A stretch of DNA of 64,000 bases, from NCBI GenBank assembly GCA_030324005.1, contig JARDVH010000110.1, positions 40,563,308-40,627,307 on the forward strand, given 5' to 3'. Source of the DNA: Negaprion brevirostris. Lineage: Eukaryota. Under the pieces are notes generated by a model that searched no databases, was not told where the DNA came from, and worked only from the letters and a program-made list of their open reading frames with translations. The position numbers and the translations under genes were made by a program. Positions 62,461 through 64,000 of this stretch are shown in pieces (the first letter of the stretch is position 1; the number at the start of each line of letters is the position of its first letter).

Positions 62461-63585
62461 TTATCTTTCCACCTTACTTAATCTCACCATTTAATCATAT
62501 TCTATCTCTTTCTCCCTTCCCTATGAGCATGGAACTGCCTTACAGGACTGCACAGAATGAATTTTTTAATTCACCAATCAGTGGTCAGCACACATGATGA
62601 CTTACAGATATTCTGTGTATTACTAAAGGCCATTGTCTCTGGAAGTAACCACCACTTTCTTTGGAAACAGCACTGGTGACTTATCTATATGTAGTTTGGG
62701 GATGGGTTTGTTCCTGAAATTTCGAGATTAAAATACTATCAATTCTATCTATATTACACCTCATCCAACCTTTGAGACAGAGAGCTATTTTCATCATTGC
62801 ACTGCTAAGCAAATCTTGGCATTGTGCTTTGGGAAGTCCAGAGTTTAGTATAACTAATTAGCTAGTTGATAAAATTCACATTCAAGCGTCTCTTTGTATG
62901 GAGACTAACCAAATGAGTGAGTGTAAACTTCATTACTAATTGGTTGATGAGGATTATGGAATATTCTATAAATGGACAATTATAGGCAAAGTTCAAATGT
63001 GAATTTAAAATCCCTGTAAGATTTCAGCATTTTCATTCAAACAAATTGGACATAATACACACATAATTTAGGGGCCATCTCTGACCAAAGGTCATTGTGA
63101 GTTGAACCATTGGGTGTATTTGTGCACAGATGCTGTCAGATCTGCTGATGTTTTCCAACATTTTTGTTGGTATTAGGAGTCATTATTGTTCATTAACCTG
63201 CCCTTAATTAAGGCAACAGTTAGCAAAAAGCTGCTTCCCAGGTTGAGATGAGATGACCAATACAAGACATTGGACTATGTTATTTGCGCACCTAGGTGTT
63301 GAATCTTGTGGAACGTTTACTCTCAGAAATTATCGAATGACATCCAGAAGTTTGTTTTTTATTCGCGAGAAAGTCAAAAGAGGATCAATGTTAAAACAAG
63401 TCCTATAGCAACCCAGCAAAGATCTCTTGTTTATATTCACTTGTTGTTTTCCACCATGGGGATGTTAAAATCAAGAATTCAGAGTATAGATGCGATTTTA
63501 TTGATTGCTGTAATGTTGCATGTTGATCATTAGATTCATTTAAATTTAATCTGTTAACATGCTTGTCTATCTTCCTTCCTGTTAG

Positions 63586-63731
63586 GTTTTACTCCACTTA
63601 TTTTGGCTGCTACAGCTGGCCATGTTGGGGTTGTAGAAATTCTATTAGACAAAGGTGCAGATATTGAAGCACAATCGGAACGCACCAAGGATACGCCATT
63701 GTCATTGGCTTGTTCTGGAGGAAGACAAGAG
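63586..63731 (+). CDS. ANKHD1: ANKHD1 coding exon (~exon 18), 146 nt: GFTPLILAATAGHVGVVEILLDKGADIEAQSERTKDTPLSLACSGGRQE
   Basis: Poly-Y TAG|G acceptor, GAG|GTGAAA donor. Confidence 0.95.
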
Positions 63732-64000
63732 GTGAAAGACCTTTCCGTTAACTGTTCTGTTAACTGTCCATACCCAGTTTACTTGAATGAGCATGCACTG
63801 TGCGGTTTCAGAACAAACACTAGCCTAAATTGCTCAGTAGAAGCTCGTAATCTGGGCACAGACATAACTGGGGTAGTTTACAAGGGAGCAGGGAGATACT
63901 GTCTCACCACCCCCCTGAAACAATATCAGTATGGCGCGACACATTGTAACATTACTAACACTACATTCTGTATCAAACCAGGGTGGGCCTCATTCACGTA

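Larger units (their letters stand above)
21360..63731 (+). other. ANKHD1: ANKHD1 (ankyrin repeat and KH domain-containing protein 1, MASK1), partial gene span containing 16 coding exons
   Basis: The spliced exons translate without stops from GIGKLSTADGKAFADPEVLRR to PLSLACSGGRQE. Residues I recall as ANKHD1-type rather than ANKRD17-type: KLLDEGR, GHLCTVQF, NRATANNDHTVVSL, GHTNVVSY, YQPLECIVEETEGKL, VSVLIARG, LLDKG. Confidence 0.9.

Noticed and set aside
198-63533. The many 60-140 aa ORFs in the supplied track outside the ANKHD1 exons (e.g. 19939..20364, 13854..14204, 10732..11058, and the X-filled ORFs)
   Set aside because: No recognisable domains. They are TE remnants, chance ORFs in AT-rich intron, or artefacts of N runs.
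21517-63585. Possible U12-type (minor) introns
   Set aside because: All donors are U2-type GT; none has RTATCCTT.

Overview
Vertebrate genomic DNA, most likely from a cartilaginous fish (shark), judged by its HE1-type tRNA-SINEs, CR1, Rex1/Babar and DeuSINE content. It is a draft assembly with many N gaps. The whole window lies inside one + strand gene, ANKHD1 (MASK1; paralog ANKRD17). Sixteen GT-AG coding exons (about exons 3-18 by human homology, 21360-63731, 2936 nt) splice into one open frame covering the first ankyrin cluster, the coiled-coil/Q-rich linker and the start of the second ankyrin cluster. Exons 1-2 and the KH-domain exons are not visible. There are no prokaryotic-type systems. 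The most interesting signals are unannotated splicing features: (i) an exon-3 acceptor with a perfect TACTAAC branch point but no polypyrimidine tract, plus an in-frame alternative AG; (ii) a TE-free 3.7 kb intronic block with candidate in-frame microexons (24/18 nt and 12 nt) and hairpins; (iii) structured candidate poison or cassette exons on both sides of the 744-nt linker exon; (iv) an antisense LF-SINE-like relic; and (v) a head-to-head interstitial telomeric insert. All non-coding calls are by-eye hypotheses and need RNA-seq or alignments. Homolog and repeat comparisons are from memory, not from searches.
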